NCBI GenBank assembly: GCA_028534125.1
Contig: CM052838.1
Location: 54,064,001 to 54,128,000 of the forward strand
Source: Lama glama
Lineage: Eukaryota
Length of the DNA stretch: 64,000 bases
Direction: 5' to 3'
Positions 51,900 through 64,000 of this stretch are shown here, piece after piece (within the stretch, counting starts at the first letter, position 1; every line of letters starts with the position of its first letter). The position numbers and the translations under genes are program-made. The notes under the pieces were generated by a model that had not been told where the DNA came from, did not search any database, and saw nothing but the letters and a program-made list of their open reading frames with translations.

Positions 51900-52168
51900 A
51901 TATTCAGTGTCTATGATCACTGTCTTCATTTACTCCCCAGCCCACTGTAATCTGTTCAGCGGCCGCTTCTCCATTAAATTTCTTCTGCTGAGATCACCAG
52001 TGACCTTCCTATCACTTAATAAGGACAATTCGGTGAACTCTAACCAAGCCTCCTTAACTAGACTGTGAGTTCCATGCAAGCCAGGACTGCCTTTCCTTAG
52101 CACAGTGTCCTGTAGGTCCAGTACAGAGCCTAACATACCAAAGAAGGAATGAAGGAACGAATGCATTT
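51900..52168 (+). mobile_element. L2 3' fragment
   Basis: ctagactgtgagttccatgcaagccaggactg...gaaggaatgaaggaacgaatg. Confidence 0.75.
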
Positions 52169-53199
52169 ATGTATTCTGTCCCTCTAATTTTCCATATACA
52201 AAGACAGAAGCTCTAAAAAAAGTATGCAGTTTGCCCAAGGCAGTACAGCTTATTGACAGAGCCAGCATATGACCCTGGGTCTTCTAACTTCCAGGCCAAT
52301 TAATTGGTTTCATACCATGCTGATATTGCTGTGAATAAATTTTGTGTTCCTCTTTTGAATTGCTTTCTAAGCCCACGATACATTCTCTTGAATCTTTATG
52401 TTCTCTTAATGGGTGGATTTGATATTTGGAATCGTCCTACTGTTACCAGGAGCCTCTGTGGTCTGGCCTCAAGCCACCTTTCTCCACTACTGCCCCCTGC
52501 AGATCCTTCATGCCACAGAAGCAGAATGCTCCCTGCCCCTCACACACAGGCTGCTGTCCCCAGCTCTGGGTCTTTGCTGATGGTGTTCCCTCTGCCAGGA
52601 ACGTCCGTCCCCTTTCACTCCTCAGATGCCCAAGTCCTGCTCATCTTGGTTCATATTCTTTCCAAAACAAGGATTAGACCTGTAAAGACAGAGAGGGGGA
52701 AGGAAATGAGCATGGATGGAGCTATCGTTCTCACATTTCTTTTATTGTCTTCTCTCACTACATGGAAGTTATAAGGTATATGGAAACTTGCTTTCCAGAA
52801 AAAAGAAAAGAGAAAGAACCAATGAGTGTCACAACCCGTAATGTCTTAGAAAGATCTGTGAAGGTGTGTGTAAAACGACTATCTGGCCTGGTTTTAAGCT
52901 AAAGAATTTAAGGCTCCCGTTATGGGAGCATTGTCAGAGCTGGACTTCAGAGTAATTTGCTTAAAAATATGCGTTGAGATGATTTGGCTTAGTTTATATT
53001 TGTCACAGCCAGAAATCCTCAACTTCTATAGGGAAGAGCTACACAGGGTGATTAATCAGGTGTTTGTACATGTGTTTGTGCATGTGAACGCACACCCCGC
53101 ACACAGGTGCTGAGGACCAGGGAGAGGGAAGGAGGCACAGGGGCGCTGGGATGTTTCTCCTGGAAAAAGAGGCCTCATTTCTCTTCTGCAGCTCAATCC

Positions 53200-53283
53200 C
53201 ACCACCACGACCACGACCACCACCACCACGACCACCATCACCACCATCACCACCACCACCACCACGACCACCACCACCACCAT
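53200..53283. repeat. Interrupted (CAC)n trinucleotide repeat, 28 units
   Basis: CAC units with GAC/CAT interruptions; reads as 24 His + 4 Asp on the + strand. Confidence 0.97.
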
Positions 53284-53329
53284 ACATGGATATCTGCCAT
53301 TCCTTTTCCCTGTAGCTCATGAGTATTTG

Positions 53330-53925
53330 TTTTATCAGTTGATTTTCTGACTATAAAGTTAGTATCTTTTCATTTTAGAAACTTTGGAAAACAGAAACCA
53401 AGGTCTTACAATGCAGAGATAACCAATAAAAGGCATAGATCCTCTCAGGACTTGAGATATATTTAGATTTCTTTTTTTCTTTTACATAAGTGGCATCATT
53501 TTCTTAGGAAGTTCTATATCCTGCTTTTTTCACTGAATGTTATGTAATGAATATTTCTCTGTGTCATTAAAAATTCTTCAAAAACATAATTTTAATGGCT
53601 ACATAATATTGCGTTTTATGGGTGTATCATAAACTTCTGAATTATCTCCTCTTCTTGGCTATTTATGCTCCCAGGCTGCTGCTGCTGCTGCTGCTTTTCT
53701 TTCCTTTTCAGCGGGGGAGGGCAGGATACTGTAAATAATGCCACGATAAAGATGCTCATGTAAAACTTCTGTCCACATCTCTGACTGTTTCCTAAGGATA
53801 TAACATTAGTTCTGAAACTAGTAGGTATGAACCTTGTTTTGGGGTTTTTTTTTTTTTTTTAAGTTTTCAATATATATTGTCAAGTTGCTTCTCAGGAAAA
53901 TGTTACCAATTTATCTTCAGCCAAC
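53330..53925 (-). mobile_element. Old L1 (L1ME-like) 3' fragments with (GCT)7 at ~53675-53695
   Basis: cctgcttttttcactgaatgt; ttttaatggctacataatattg; tattgtcaagttgcttctcaggaaaatgttaccaatttat. Confidence 0.7.
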
Positions 53926-54449
53926 TGAGGCATTTTGAACATCTTGAAAACCATTGTTGTAAATTATGGCCATATCTCCTCCCTAATGAAGATGGCCATG
54001 GGACATAGGGAGACAGTCAGATTCCACAAGTGAAGGATTAATTGCAACTGCCTAGTGACAGGCCCCTGCATTCAGCAAAGCAGAGCCTCTGCAGAGGCCT
54101 AGTAGAGGAAGAATAGAGTAGAAGGCGTCTGAAATTAAGACAAGGTCACTCATTAGCATATGAAGAAGCTGGTAGTATAGTTTACCAACATAGAGCTACA
54201 CATTTGGTAGTATGTGCTTTATTATTTACATCCCACCTGCATCCCAAAAGCATCCGAGGTGGGCACTGGTCACCTGAGACCGTTCCTGCTGGAGTGTTCC
54301 CCCAGCTCCCCAACCCGCATCACTGAGTAACCAGATTCCAGAGCAGAGATTTTTATCCCCATGTTCAGTGGGGCCTAACCAATCCATCTCCACTGGATTA
54401 CTGATAACATCATGAATCTGTATACATCAATCAAGCTTTTATGAAAGAC

Positions 54450-54700
54450 AGTAAAATATTTAAATGGTTAAGAGCAGAGACTCTGGAGCCAGACTGCCTG
54501 AGGTTTAATTCCTATCTCTGCCACTTAATGGCTGTGTGATCTTGGCAGGTTTCTCAGTGTACCTGTGCCTTAGTTTTCTCATCTATAAATTGAGGATAAT
54601 AATAGTTCTTTGCTTTAGAATTGTCATGAAGAGTAATTGGGTTAATATATCTAAAGTACTGGGAGCTTGGTACATAGTACTCAGGCCCATAGTAAATCCT
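54450..54700 (+). mobile_element. MIR SINE
   Basis: tggttaagagcagagactctggagccagactgcctg...ctgtgtgatcttggcagg...gccttagttttctcatctataaa. Confidence 0.9.
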
Positions 54701-56674
54701 GTATATGAATCTACTGTTTTTTAATTTCAAATTGTTAAGAATTACCTTCAGCAGATAAGCCAGTGTTAGGTAATAAAAAGTATTTTAGAGCAATTGCTTG
54801 GATTCTGTGGATAAAAGGAAAGCTTTTTTCAACTAGTTCCCAAAAATATTCTGATTCTGTCCTTGAAAAGGACAGATAAACAAACAAACAAATAAAGCTG
54901 TTTTTATTACAACTATACTTAATAAATTTTTGCATCTCTCAGAAATATTTGGAAACCGTATATTATATGAGAGACAAAGACCATTAGCATTACCATCCCA
55001 TCCCTCTAATTGTCAGACATTTATCATCAGACATTTAAAAAAAAAATCTAGCCCTCTATTCTGTTTAAGGCAAGGAATTTCCTAAATTAATGCTTAAAAA
55101 CCACAGAACTTTCCCATAACCTCACAACCCAGACAGAACAGTGGCAGTGAGAACAAAAGGCATACTTCTTTTTCAGGACTTTTTTAGCCATATCCTTTCT
55201 TCTGGATTCATTTGTACAAATCTCACTAAGGCTATCAGTGTGTGTATGGAATTTGGCAGTTGCCTGGAAGGGCTTGGTCAGATTCTTCGTGTATATATAT
55301 ATTGGATTTCCGACAATGAACCATTTGAAATCTAATTCCACTGAATGATCCTGTTGAACAAGTGAGCTAAATGTAAAAGCATCCAAGTAAAGGAACAGTT
55401 CAAAGAATCAGGAACTGCTTGACCAGCAAAAACTGGACCATGGACTTGGAAGTCTATAAAGTCTGGGCCATCGTAGATAATTGAAAGTTATAATCTTCCA
55501 AGGGGCTTTAATTGAGTATTTGGAAATCTGTATGAAAATAAACTGAGTCAACTAAATAAGAATAAACACAGCTAAACTAAACAGTGTAAATCTTCAAAAG
55601 AAGACCCCTAATTAAAAAGATATATTGCCCTTCCTGGACTTTGCCATTCTGGTTGTTTTCAGTATTATGCCCCTGGGAAAATGCAACTGTTTCTAATCAA
55701 ATAATCTGAACTCCCATGCTGAGGCTTAAGGGTGGGTTNNNNNNNNNNNNNNNNNNNNNNNNNNNNNNNNNNNNNNNNNNNNNNNNNNNNNNNNNNNNNN
55801 NNNNNNNNNNNNNNNNNNNNNNNNNNNNNNNNNNNNNNNNNNNNNNNNNNNNNNNNNNNNNNNNNNNNNNNNNNNNNNNNNNNNNNNNNNNNNNNNNNNN
55901 NNNNNNNNNNNNNNNNNNNNNNNNNNNNNNNNNNNNNNNNNNNNNNNNNNNNNNNNNNNNNNNNNNTACTCTGACTTGCAGACCTGCACTACAAGAATAC
56001 ATTTGCTTCATAGCCTTTTTTATGTCATTTCTAGAGAATTTCGAATGCATGAGCAATTTGTGGTTCAGGAAACTGTTGACAGAAAGACATCAGAGCTTTC
56101 TCTTGTTAAAAGTTCAACAGCCTAACAGGGACTCTGCCAGCTTAAGAGTCCTATTCAGAAGTGGGTACCTTTCAGTTCCGAGGTTTGTATTTAGACGAAC
56201 CACCTCAAAGCAGAATTTGACTCTAGGTTACAAAGGCAGAATTGTGTTAATCAGAAGATAAAGATAAATTAATATTAAGTCAGAATTCAAATGGACAAAA
56301 AAAAAAGTGAGAGCTCATCATAAATGGTGTTAAATAAATACCGGCAGGTAAACTGATAAGACACAAAAGACCCAATCTTCCTGGGGGACGACTGGGTAGG
56401 AGTTCGGGGCTTATCTCACAAGTCAAGCAGCTTAAGCGGTATTAAAAGTCATGTTTTCTGAGCTGGCTGAAGAGGCAGTGGACTGTGCGGGGAAAACTAA
56501 TTGAAATAAAGTGAATATTTGCCTTTTCCTGGAGATCCTGTTATATCCTGACTGCAGGAGCTCCGGAGAAAGAGCAACTGCAAATCAGGCAGATGCTTCG
56601 GTTTGCCAATTTTCCTAGCGTTTGTCAGAGAAATAATGAAGAATCCGCGAGTAAAACATTTTCTTGATTTGTTT

Positions 56675-56720
56675 ATGCAAATCAGGCCAGAATTCCGGGA
56701 AGCTGAGATTTTTCTGGGAA
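56675..56720. promoter_or_regulatory. Candidate enhancer core: octamer plus two STAT GAS motifs
   Basis: ATGCAAAT 56675-56682, TTCCGGGAA 56693-56701, TTCTGGGAA 56712-56720, in CpG-retaining unique DNA. Confidence 0.5.
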
Positions 56721-57585
56721 TCTTCAACAATTACAGCGTAACTGCTCTTCCTTAAAATCAGGCCGTACACGCTATTTATTGGCCATTTCAGGAGATCCTT
56801 CCGATTGTGTTTTGCAACGTCCTTTCACTGTTTTCCTCGTTGTAAGATAAGTACCCTGAGATGGGAGACAAGAGCTGTGGAACAGCTGAGTGTCATCAGT
56901 TGAGACCTACACCCGGATATGGCTTCGGGAAGATACCCCTTTGTCTGTCTACCTGTTTGCTTCTCCGTGACCTTCCTGCAGCTCCGTCTGTGCTGTCAGC
57001 AGAGGAGCGATTTTTATAAGGCACTAGACATGCCACCATGAGAGAGAGCCGCTGCCACGGCAGGGATGGCCAGGAGCCAGGAGCTGGACACCAGAGATGC
57101 AAACATGAGGCAGAAGAGAGTCTTCTGGGTGTATTTCATATCCTACTAAATTCATCCCGAAGGTGAATCTGGACAAGCTCCTGTTCAGGGTGAGAAGTTG
57201 CAGATGTTATGATTCGAAGAGCTGTGGCCTTTCTCTCTTCACCACTCTAAGTCCATTCCTAAAATACTTCCCCCCAACTTGCTCAGGTCTGAAGTTCTAT
57301 GCCTTAAGGCGGTCTCTGGTAGGAGAAAGGGAGGAGCCAGGGCCCTTGGAGCCAGCAGGAGAAGACACTTTGTTGCTCCAAAGTTTCTCCTGGGATCTAC
57401 TCTATTGATTGTCTATTAGGTAACGATTACTTTCAATCAAAATGATGGAGGAAAATAAACTGAAAGTTTTCATTCATTTCATTCAAAGACTATTTCCAAG
57501 AACACCTGTGGACTATTTCACAACATCTTACTTAATAACTTAATTTTAGTGTGTGGTTAGGAAAAAATGACATTGAGAATTCTTT

Positions 57586-58287
57586 TTTGTGTGTATTTTT
57601 TTTAAATTGAGAGATAGTTGATTTATATTATGTTAGTTTCAGGTGTATAGCATAGTGATTCAAAATTTTTTAGATTATATACATTTAGAGCTATTATAAA
57701 ATATTGGCTATATTCCCTGTGCTGTACAATATATCCTTAGAGCATATTTATTTTATTTATAGTAGTTTGTGACTCTTAATCCCCTACTCCTACTTTGCCC
57801 CTCCCCTTTCCCTCTCCCCATCGGTAACCACTAGTTTGGTCCCCATATCTGTGAGTCTGCTTCTGTTTTGTTCTAGCCAGTTGTTTGTTTAATTCTTTAG
57901 ATTCCTCATATAAGAGATAACATATGCTATCCTATTTGTCTTTCTCTGACTTATTTCACTAAGCATAATACCCTCCAGGTCCATCTATATTGTTGCAAAT
58001 GATAAAATTTCATTCTTTGTACGGCTGAGTTGTATTCTATTGTGTGTGTGTGTGTTTGTGCACACACATATATATACACACATACATACCACATCTTCTT
58101 TGTCCATTCACCTGTTGACATATGCTCAGGTTGTTTCCATATCTTGGCTACTGTAAATAATGCTGCTTTGAATATTGGGGTGCATGTATCTTTTTGAATA
58201 AGTGTTTTCATTTTCTCTGGATACATGCCAAGGAGTGGAATTGCTGGATCATGTGGTAGTTCTATTTTTGGTTTTTTGAGGAGATAT
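57586..58287 (-). mobile_element. 5'-truncated L1 with 14-bp TSD ATTGAGAATTCTTT (57572-57585 and 58288-58301)
   Basis: ORF track 57951..58226 gives L1 ORF2p C-terminus (YPEKMKTLIQKDTCTPIF.AALFT.AK.WKQP); poly-T end; TT/AAAG endonuclease site on the element strand. Confidence 0.93.
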
Positions 58288-59079
58288 ATTGAGAATTCTT
58301 TAAGAATGTTTTCAGTAATTCCATTGATTGCTCAGGTAAGGATATTAACCCAGATACAAATAACCGTGGGAATGGTTGAAAGCAAGGTTCTGAAGATGGA
58401 GTGGGAATTGCTGGGGGCTGTAGGTCTGTAGAACAAGGATGAGGCGGCACAGTAATGCGCAGAGCTAGTGCCACCGTCTCCTCTCTTTCGTCTTTCCCAT
58501 CCCCTACTTCCTGCACAGCTCTCCTTGCTTCTTAACTTGAGGGCAGAGGTGGTTGCTGTCTCTCTGACATCCTGCTGGACAAGATCCGCTTACCTTTTCT
58601 GCCTGCAAGTGACGTCCACCTCCACAGCTTGGCTGCACCCCATGGCTTCTTTGGGATGCAGAGTCAAGAGCAGAGGGGCCTTGTACTTGCTGGGCTGAGT
58701 TCCTGCAGCTTCAATATTACCTCCCTCACTGCCCTCCTTTCAGCTGAAGTTCCCATTCTCACACTGAGCAGTCCCAATCGGAACCGAGAGCATCACTCAC
58801 TGGAATCAGGTCCCCACCTTATTTTAGGTGGCCCTCCCTTTCTAACTTGGGGAAGGAAGTTGTTTACCTTTATAGGTGTTTCTTGAGGGTCTGTTTCTCA
58901 AGTACCAGGCACTGTTGAAGAAAGAAATGCATGTGAATTATGCACACACTTTAGGAATAGAAAAGAAAATTTAGATAATTACTTTTCTGAAGGAGACTTT
59001 AATCTCCTCAGACATTAAATGTATGAAACTTTACATTCCTACCAAAGATAAAAATGAGAAGGAAAAAGCACTTACTACC

Positions 59080-59636
59080 TGTTGTGGACTGAATTGTGTT
59101 CCCCGAAATTCATATACTGCAGATCTAACCCCACAGTGTGACTGCTTTAAAGTACCAAGAGGTACTTAGGGTTAGATGAAGTCAGAGGGTGGGGCCCAAA
59201 TTGTACAGGACTGGGGTCCTTATAAGAAGAGAAAGGAATTACCACAGGTAATTTCCATTCCTCTCAGCTCTGCAGCGTGTCAGACTCAGAGCTGCAGCCT
59301 CAGCATTGGCTGACAGGAGTAAAAGCTTCCTGATTAGATGGTCTTCACCGTCACCTGCGATCATGTATGACTTTTCCATGTGGACCTGTGAGATTTTCCT
59401 GTCATGTCTCAGAAGGAAAGGCTTCAAGAAAGAAAAAGAACAGGAGCACAGGGAGAAAAGGCCCTGTGAATACACAGAGAGAAGGTGGCCACCTGCCAAC
59501 CAAGGAGAGAGACATCAGGAGAAGCCGAACTTGCCCACACCTTGACCTTGGATTACAGATTCCAGAACTGTGTTCTGTTGTTTAAGACGCTCTGCCTGTG
59601 ATGTGTTGTGATAGCAGCCCCAGCAGACTAATGCAT
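59080..59636 (+). mobile_element. Solo MaLR LTR (MLT1-type) with a ~200-bp internal insertion
   Basis: tgttgtggactgaattgtgttcccc...ggtccttataagaaga ... ccttgaccttggattacagattccagaactgtg...atagcagccccagcagactaatgca. Confidence 0.88.
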
Positions 59637-60539
59637 GGAAAGTGAAATGGGATCAGTAGACCGTGAGATTTTCAAGTGAGGGGAAGGATGTGGGCAAACA
59701 GTATGGAAGAATTGAATTTAAGCCAAGAGACTCATGAGAAAGGAAGAGTCAGATGTCAGAGTGACTTGTAAACGGGGAGTTACCAAGGCAGAGAGAAGAC
59801 GGCAGGAAGACCCTCACTCCCAGGACGCACTTGAATTTGACCTGGTAGGAACTGGGAAACCGTGATGGGGTTGTTGAGCAGGGAATGGCCTAAAAACACA
59901 GAGTTTTAAGAAAATTAGCTTTGCTGCAGAACACAATTGTACAAGACTGACCATCAGTTAGGAAAAAATGACAGTAATCCAAGCAAGTAAGGATCCAGAT
60001 GGTGATAGGAAAGGAGAGTATCTGATGAATTTGAAAGTTATTTCAAAATAGGAATTGATAGGATTTGGTGACAAAATTGAATTCAATTGACTAATAAATC
60101 ATTTATTCTTCCGTGCGTCTCAGCATTATATGACTCTACCAGTGAACTCATTAAAGATATTTTTATGCTAACAGCAAAGTTCTTAATATAAGTTGATTTG
60201 AGAGCTCTTTTCCAGCTGAATAAAATTGTTACACTGTTGGAATTACTCTAAAGAGCTTAGTAAGCAAGGCATCATTAAAAATTAGGTAATCTATATAAAT
60301 AAAACGCTCTGACAATTGAAACTTAATGTCATTACCCAGTTTAGGGAGGAGGGCGGCCAGTCAGAAAGCAGTTTAGGGTTAGATATCCCTGGGGACTGAC
60401 GGAAGGGAAAGTTCAGGATTGATTTTTCTAAGACTAGCCAGGAAAGGGACTCTGAAAGGTATCCCTTTAAACCAAAATATCAGCCTCTGAGACAAAATGG
60501 AACATAGAATGAGGTTGAAGATCCAAGGATCTAAGAAGA

Positions 60540-60960
60540 ATTTATTCATTCGTGAAATAATATCCTAAAGTCTGTTGATCACCTTAGTGTGCTAAGGGCT
60601 TTGCATACACTGTTCCATTTATGTACATTGAGCACCTACTAAATGTCAGCTTAGGGTGAATGAAACAAGAGTGGTTCCTGCCCTCATAGAGTTTACTGTC
60701 TGGTGTGGGAGACAGGCATCAAACAAATACAAATACGCATCTGATTACAAATTGTGGTCATTGCGGTGAAGGGAAATGCAGAGTGGTATGAAAGAGTTCC
60801 TCATTTCGATTTGACAGTCAGAATGGCCTCCCTGAGTAAATGACACTGCAGTGGAAACTTTGAAGGGTAACCAGAAATTAGCCAGGCAAAGGCCAGATGA
60901 GATTCAGGGCACAAGGGAAGCCAATAATTTGCAGGGGGCCAGAGGGCCGGCTGTTGGCAT
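60540..60960 (-). mobile_element. L2 LINE fragment
   Basis: attgagcacctacta...ggttcctgccctcatagagtttactgtctggtgtgggagacaggc. Confidence 0.8.
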
Positions 60961-61244
60961 TCCAAAGCAGTGGCAGCAGGGGCCGAGATCTGGTCATCAG
61001 GAGACCTGAGTTCATTTGCAGAGAGCTTAATCCCCGAGTCAACCCAACCATTAAAGACGAGAGCTTGGTTTAAGGCAACATTCAGTCACAGGGACATTGA
61101 CAGGCAAATTAGGAAACCAAATACTGAGAAAATTGGATACAAAGTGAAAATGGAACCAATGTAAACATAAGTTGGTGACCTACCACTGAGGGGGTCCCCA
61201 TTGTTATCCTGCCCAGAACCTGTAGGCACCGGCTACATGGAAAA

Positions 61245-61460
61245 AGCAGTGTGGCTTAATGGTCAGAATGTTAGATTCGCAGTCAGATGCATGTGGACCA
61301 CTTCCTGGGTGTTTTATCCTAGGAAGACACTTAGTCTTTCTCAGCTTTCATTTTTTTATTCTGTAAAATGGGCATAATCCTGCCTATCTCTGAGGAAGAA
61401 CGAAAGGCTCGAAAGAGATAATGCCTGTAACATGTTTAATTCCGTGCCTGACAGACAAAT
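61245..61460 (+). mobile_element. MIR SINE
   Basis: gcagtgtggcttaatggtcagaatg...ctgtaaaatgggcataatcctgcctatctc...gagataatgcctgtaa. Confidence 0.8.
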
Positions 61461-64000
61461 ACGCTCCTTCTTCACATGTCATCAATTCTTTTTCTATTCT
61501 GTAGGTTCATATTTATTTGGATAATAATGTGAAAACATCTACACACACAGTAAAATGCATGAACTTTGTAACTGACATCGTCTTTGCTGCTCAGGACCTT
61601 GTCTGAGTCCCTTCCGTCTTTTTCTCGACTTGTAACTGTGTTCCGTACTGCTGAGGCTCTCTGAAACGAAATCCCCAGATCAGGGGAGGGCGAAGGGATT
61701 AGCATGTAAATTTACTCACTTAGACGTAGGATTCAGTGTGTGCTTGATTAAGATTTGATGAATGAATGATTACTGTATAATTACAGAGATTTGACAGTGA
61801 TCAGCATACTTAATTGCTAAGATAGTGTATATTAAAGACTAATTTTAAAGCATCTTTATGTATTTTGTGTCTTTAAGTGGCTGGTAAACTGAATTCTAAC
61901 CTCTTGCTCTCTGAGTATTCTCTCAGCTATAAGCCTACCATGTTTTAATTAGAGACGTGTTCTGACAGTTCCAGGAAAGGAAACATTTTTTTCTGTTAAA
62001 ACATTTCTAGCATTTCAGCTAAACAATTTATCTAGAATGATTTTCCCTTTAAAAGGAATAGTAGACAATTAGAAGCATAGTGCAGTAAATTTTCTGCCTT
62101 ATGGATCCCAGCCAACAACCATACAACTTTTGTGCTTTATAAGCAATTGCAAACTAAAATGAGTAACTGGTAGATTGTAATGGAGCTGCTTTGAGCTGCT
62201 ATTACCATAGGATACTTTTCCGGCTTCCTTAGAAGCCTGAGAACAAAATTGAGAAGAAGGCATCTATCTGATTGAAGCTAAGATGTGACGTGCATTGTAC
62301 TTCACTTGCGGCGGAATGGCAGTTATTTTATTTGCTATTCATGTGAATGGAGAGATCACTCCTTTTCAGAATGTAGCCTGCAAAAGAGATCTGTAGCCAA
62401 TACACACGGCTGGAAATGAAGCTGCATGGGTGGGCTCAGACATCCCTGTGTAGACTCAGACAGACATCCCTGAGTCTGTCCCGATCCAAGGAGACTGTTC
62501 AGGAAATCACATGGGAAAGCTGGTAGATTTGCTCACTCAAGAATGTCAGTAGGGAGTTACTGAAACCTCCCCTTACCTCTTCCTCCAGAATATGGCAGTG
62601 TAGATGGGCCAGATCCAGAGAGTCCCTGTTCCTGTAAACAGCTGGATCAGGAATAGGTTAGTGACAAGTCAGTAAGGTACACTGATGTCCAACTGTTTCT
62701 CCTGTGATAGTACCTGGATGAGATGATTTTATTTGGATTTTGGGAAGAAAAGCATGACTTGAAAATATTAAAATCCTAGTAGATACGAACAGTAAACAAA
62801 ATTTGCACAATTCACTTGAAATATGCACAGTGCTGTGTGGCCACAGTGCTAGAAGAGCATCTGCAGGTTTGTAGGTGGAGGGCAGATGTCTTCAAGAGTC
62901 AGAAGGTGGATGTGAACTCCATGAGGCTGGTTAACAAGGTAAAGGGAATTGTTAGGAAAGAAACTAGGAACTTTGAAAGGAATCGAGGACAGGGTTGACT
63001 GGGAAAGATCCTGGCTATGATGATTAAAACTGAAAGTAAAAATGATAGTCACTTAGCTGCTTTAAATTATCTTTAAGAAATAGATGGTGGATAAATTATG
63101 AATAAATAATAATCACCATGAGTTTTTCTTTTAAAGAAATTATGGGGGGTTCTGGTCCAGTTGTGGTTCAAGCAGCTGCAAGGAAATTCAAATTATGGCT
63201 GCAAGGAAAGCATTTTCAACCTGCAATTGAGGTTGCACTCGCTCGTGGGCACCAGTAAATCAGAGCCAAGAAGGAGCTGTGGGGGATGGATGGGAAGTAG
63301 ATGAAAGGACAGTAAAAGAAGCCTAGGGTCACAGTGGAGCAGTAAAAGCTGAATTCAGGAGCCAGGAAAATTTTCAGAAGCTAGAAATCAAAATCCAACA
63401 GATGGTAAAAGCCGACGCAGCAAAGTTGATGCCAAAAAGCATCTGGAAATGAGGCAAAGATTGCCTCAGACAGGAAGCATCTTATATGCTGGACCGGGAA
63501 CCAGAATTATTTCAAGAGGAAGTTGTCTTGCACCAGCCCTTGAGTAGAGTGCTTTACCTAGACTGGCACATGCTGCCAGCCCAGGGCGTAGATCTGTAGC
63601 TCAGACTGAAAAGCTCACTTTTTGAAGGACCCAGGGATCTGAGACAGGGGGGTCAACCTGAGCCTGGCCATGGGAAAGGGTGAACTTAGGAGAAAAGCGA
63701 GGGAATCCCAGGCTCTGGCTGGAGAAGAAGACCTGTGATGATTAGAAAGTGGAACTGAAAGGGCCTGGAAGGATGTAATTAATGTTGTAAAACACCTAGA
63801 CCGGCTGTGTCCCCATCATTTGCCTAACTGGTATTGAGTTTTCATCCTGACTCTTCTGTCTAGTTAAGCCCTTTGTGCGCTTAAGTATTTACTGTACACA
63901 TAGCGAATGAGGGTGGAAGGGCTGCTTTAGAAGAGGTGGGGGAAAGAGTGAATGACAATAACTTTTTTTTTTTTTCTCGTTGAGAAACCAAAATGAACAA

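Larger units (their letters stand above)
33203..64000 (+). other. ATRNL1: 5' part of the last ATRNL1 intron (canonical terminal exon lies beyond the window)
   Basis: Starts gtaaga; the expected terminal-exon peptide (LAIASALIDISQQ...) was not seen in the window. Confidence 0.85.

Noticed and set aside
52304-52774. 156-aa ORF
   Set aside because: Non-ATG start, overlaps L2-like sequence, no recognisable domain.
53134-53147. Additional CTCF-like words (here and ~36799-36812)
   Set aside because: Indel or several mismatches in the core consensus.
53039-53320. Minus-strand poly-Gly and poly-Val ORFs
   Set aside because: Simply the other frames of the (CAC)n microsatellite.
56558-56755. Open frame after ctgcag (ELRRKSNCKSGR...)
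   Set aside because: Wrong phase for the upstream exon and no homology; the region is better explained as a TF-motif cluster.
1-64000. CRISPR array, operon, defence system or other prokaryote-type locus
   Set aside because: The sequence is CpG-depleted mammalian intron with L1/L2/MIR/LTR repeats; there are no repeat-spacer arrays or long ORFs.

Overview
Mammalian genomic DNA with six N gaps. A camelid source is likely but inferred: the L1 3'-UTR at ~49.2 kb looks camelid-type and no Alu, B1, Bov-tA, PRE-1 or Can-SINE is evident. The window lies inside the + strand gene ATRNL1 (attractin-like 1). One clear coding exon (33088-33202, GAPKPIAIEPCAGNRAAVLTVFLCLPRGSSGAPPPGQS-G, cytoplasmic tail, penultimate coding exon) sits between two very large introns. 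The rest is old repeats (L1, L2, MIR, MaLR and ERVL LTRs), microsatellites and a few repeat-free, motif-dense blocks that look like enhancers or CTCF sites. I found no CRISPR array, RNA gene or other prokaryote-type system, and nearly all ORF-track entries are spurious. The best leads are all unproven: (i) a cryptic in-frame alternative last exon that would give ATRNL1 a poly-His C-terminus, (ii) a 10-nt microexon candidate that would swap the C-terminus, (iii) a young L1 with a 5' inversion and a perfect TSD, (iv) a tandem STAT/GAS plus octamer cluster and (v) a divergent CTCF motif pair. Repeat boundaries and subfamily names were assigned by eye and are approximate.
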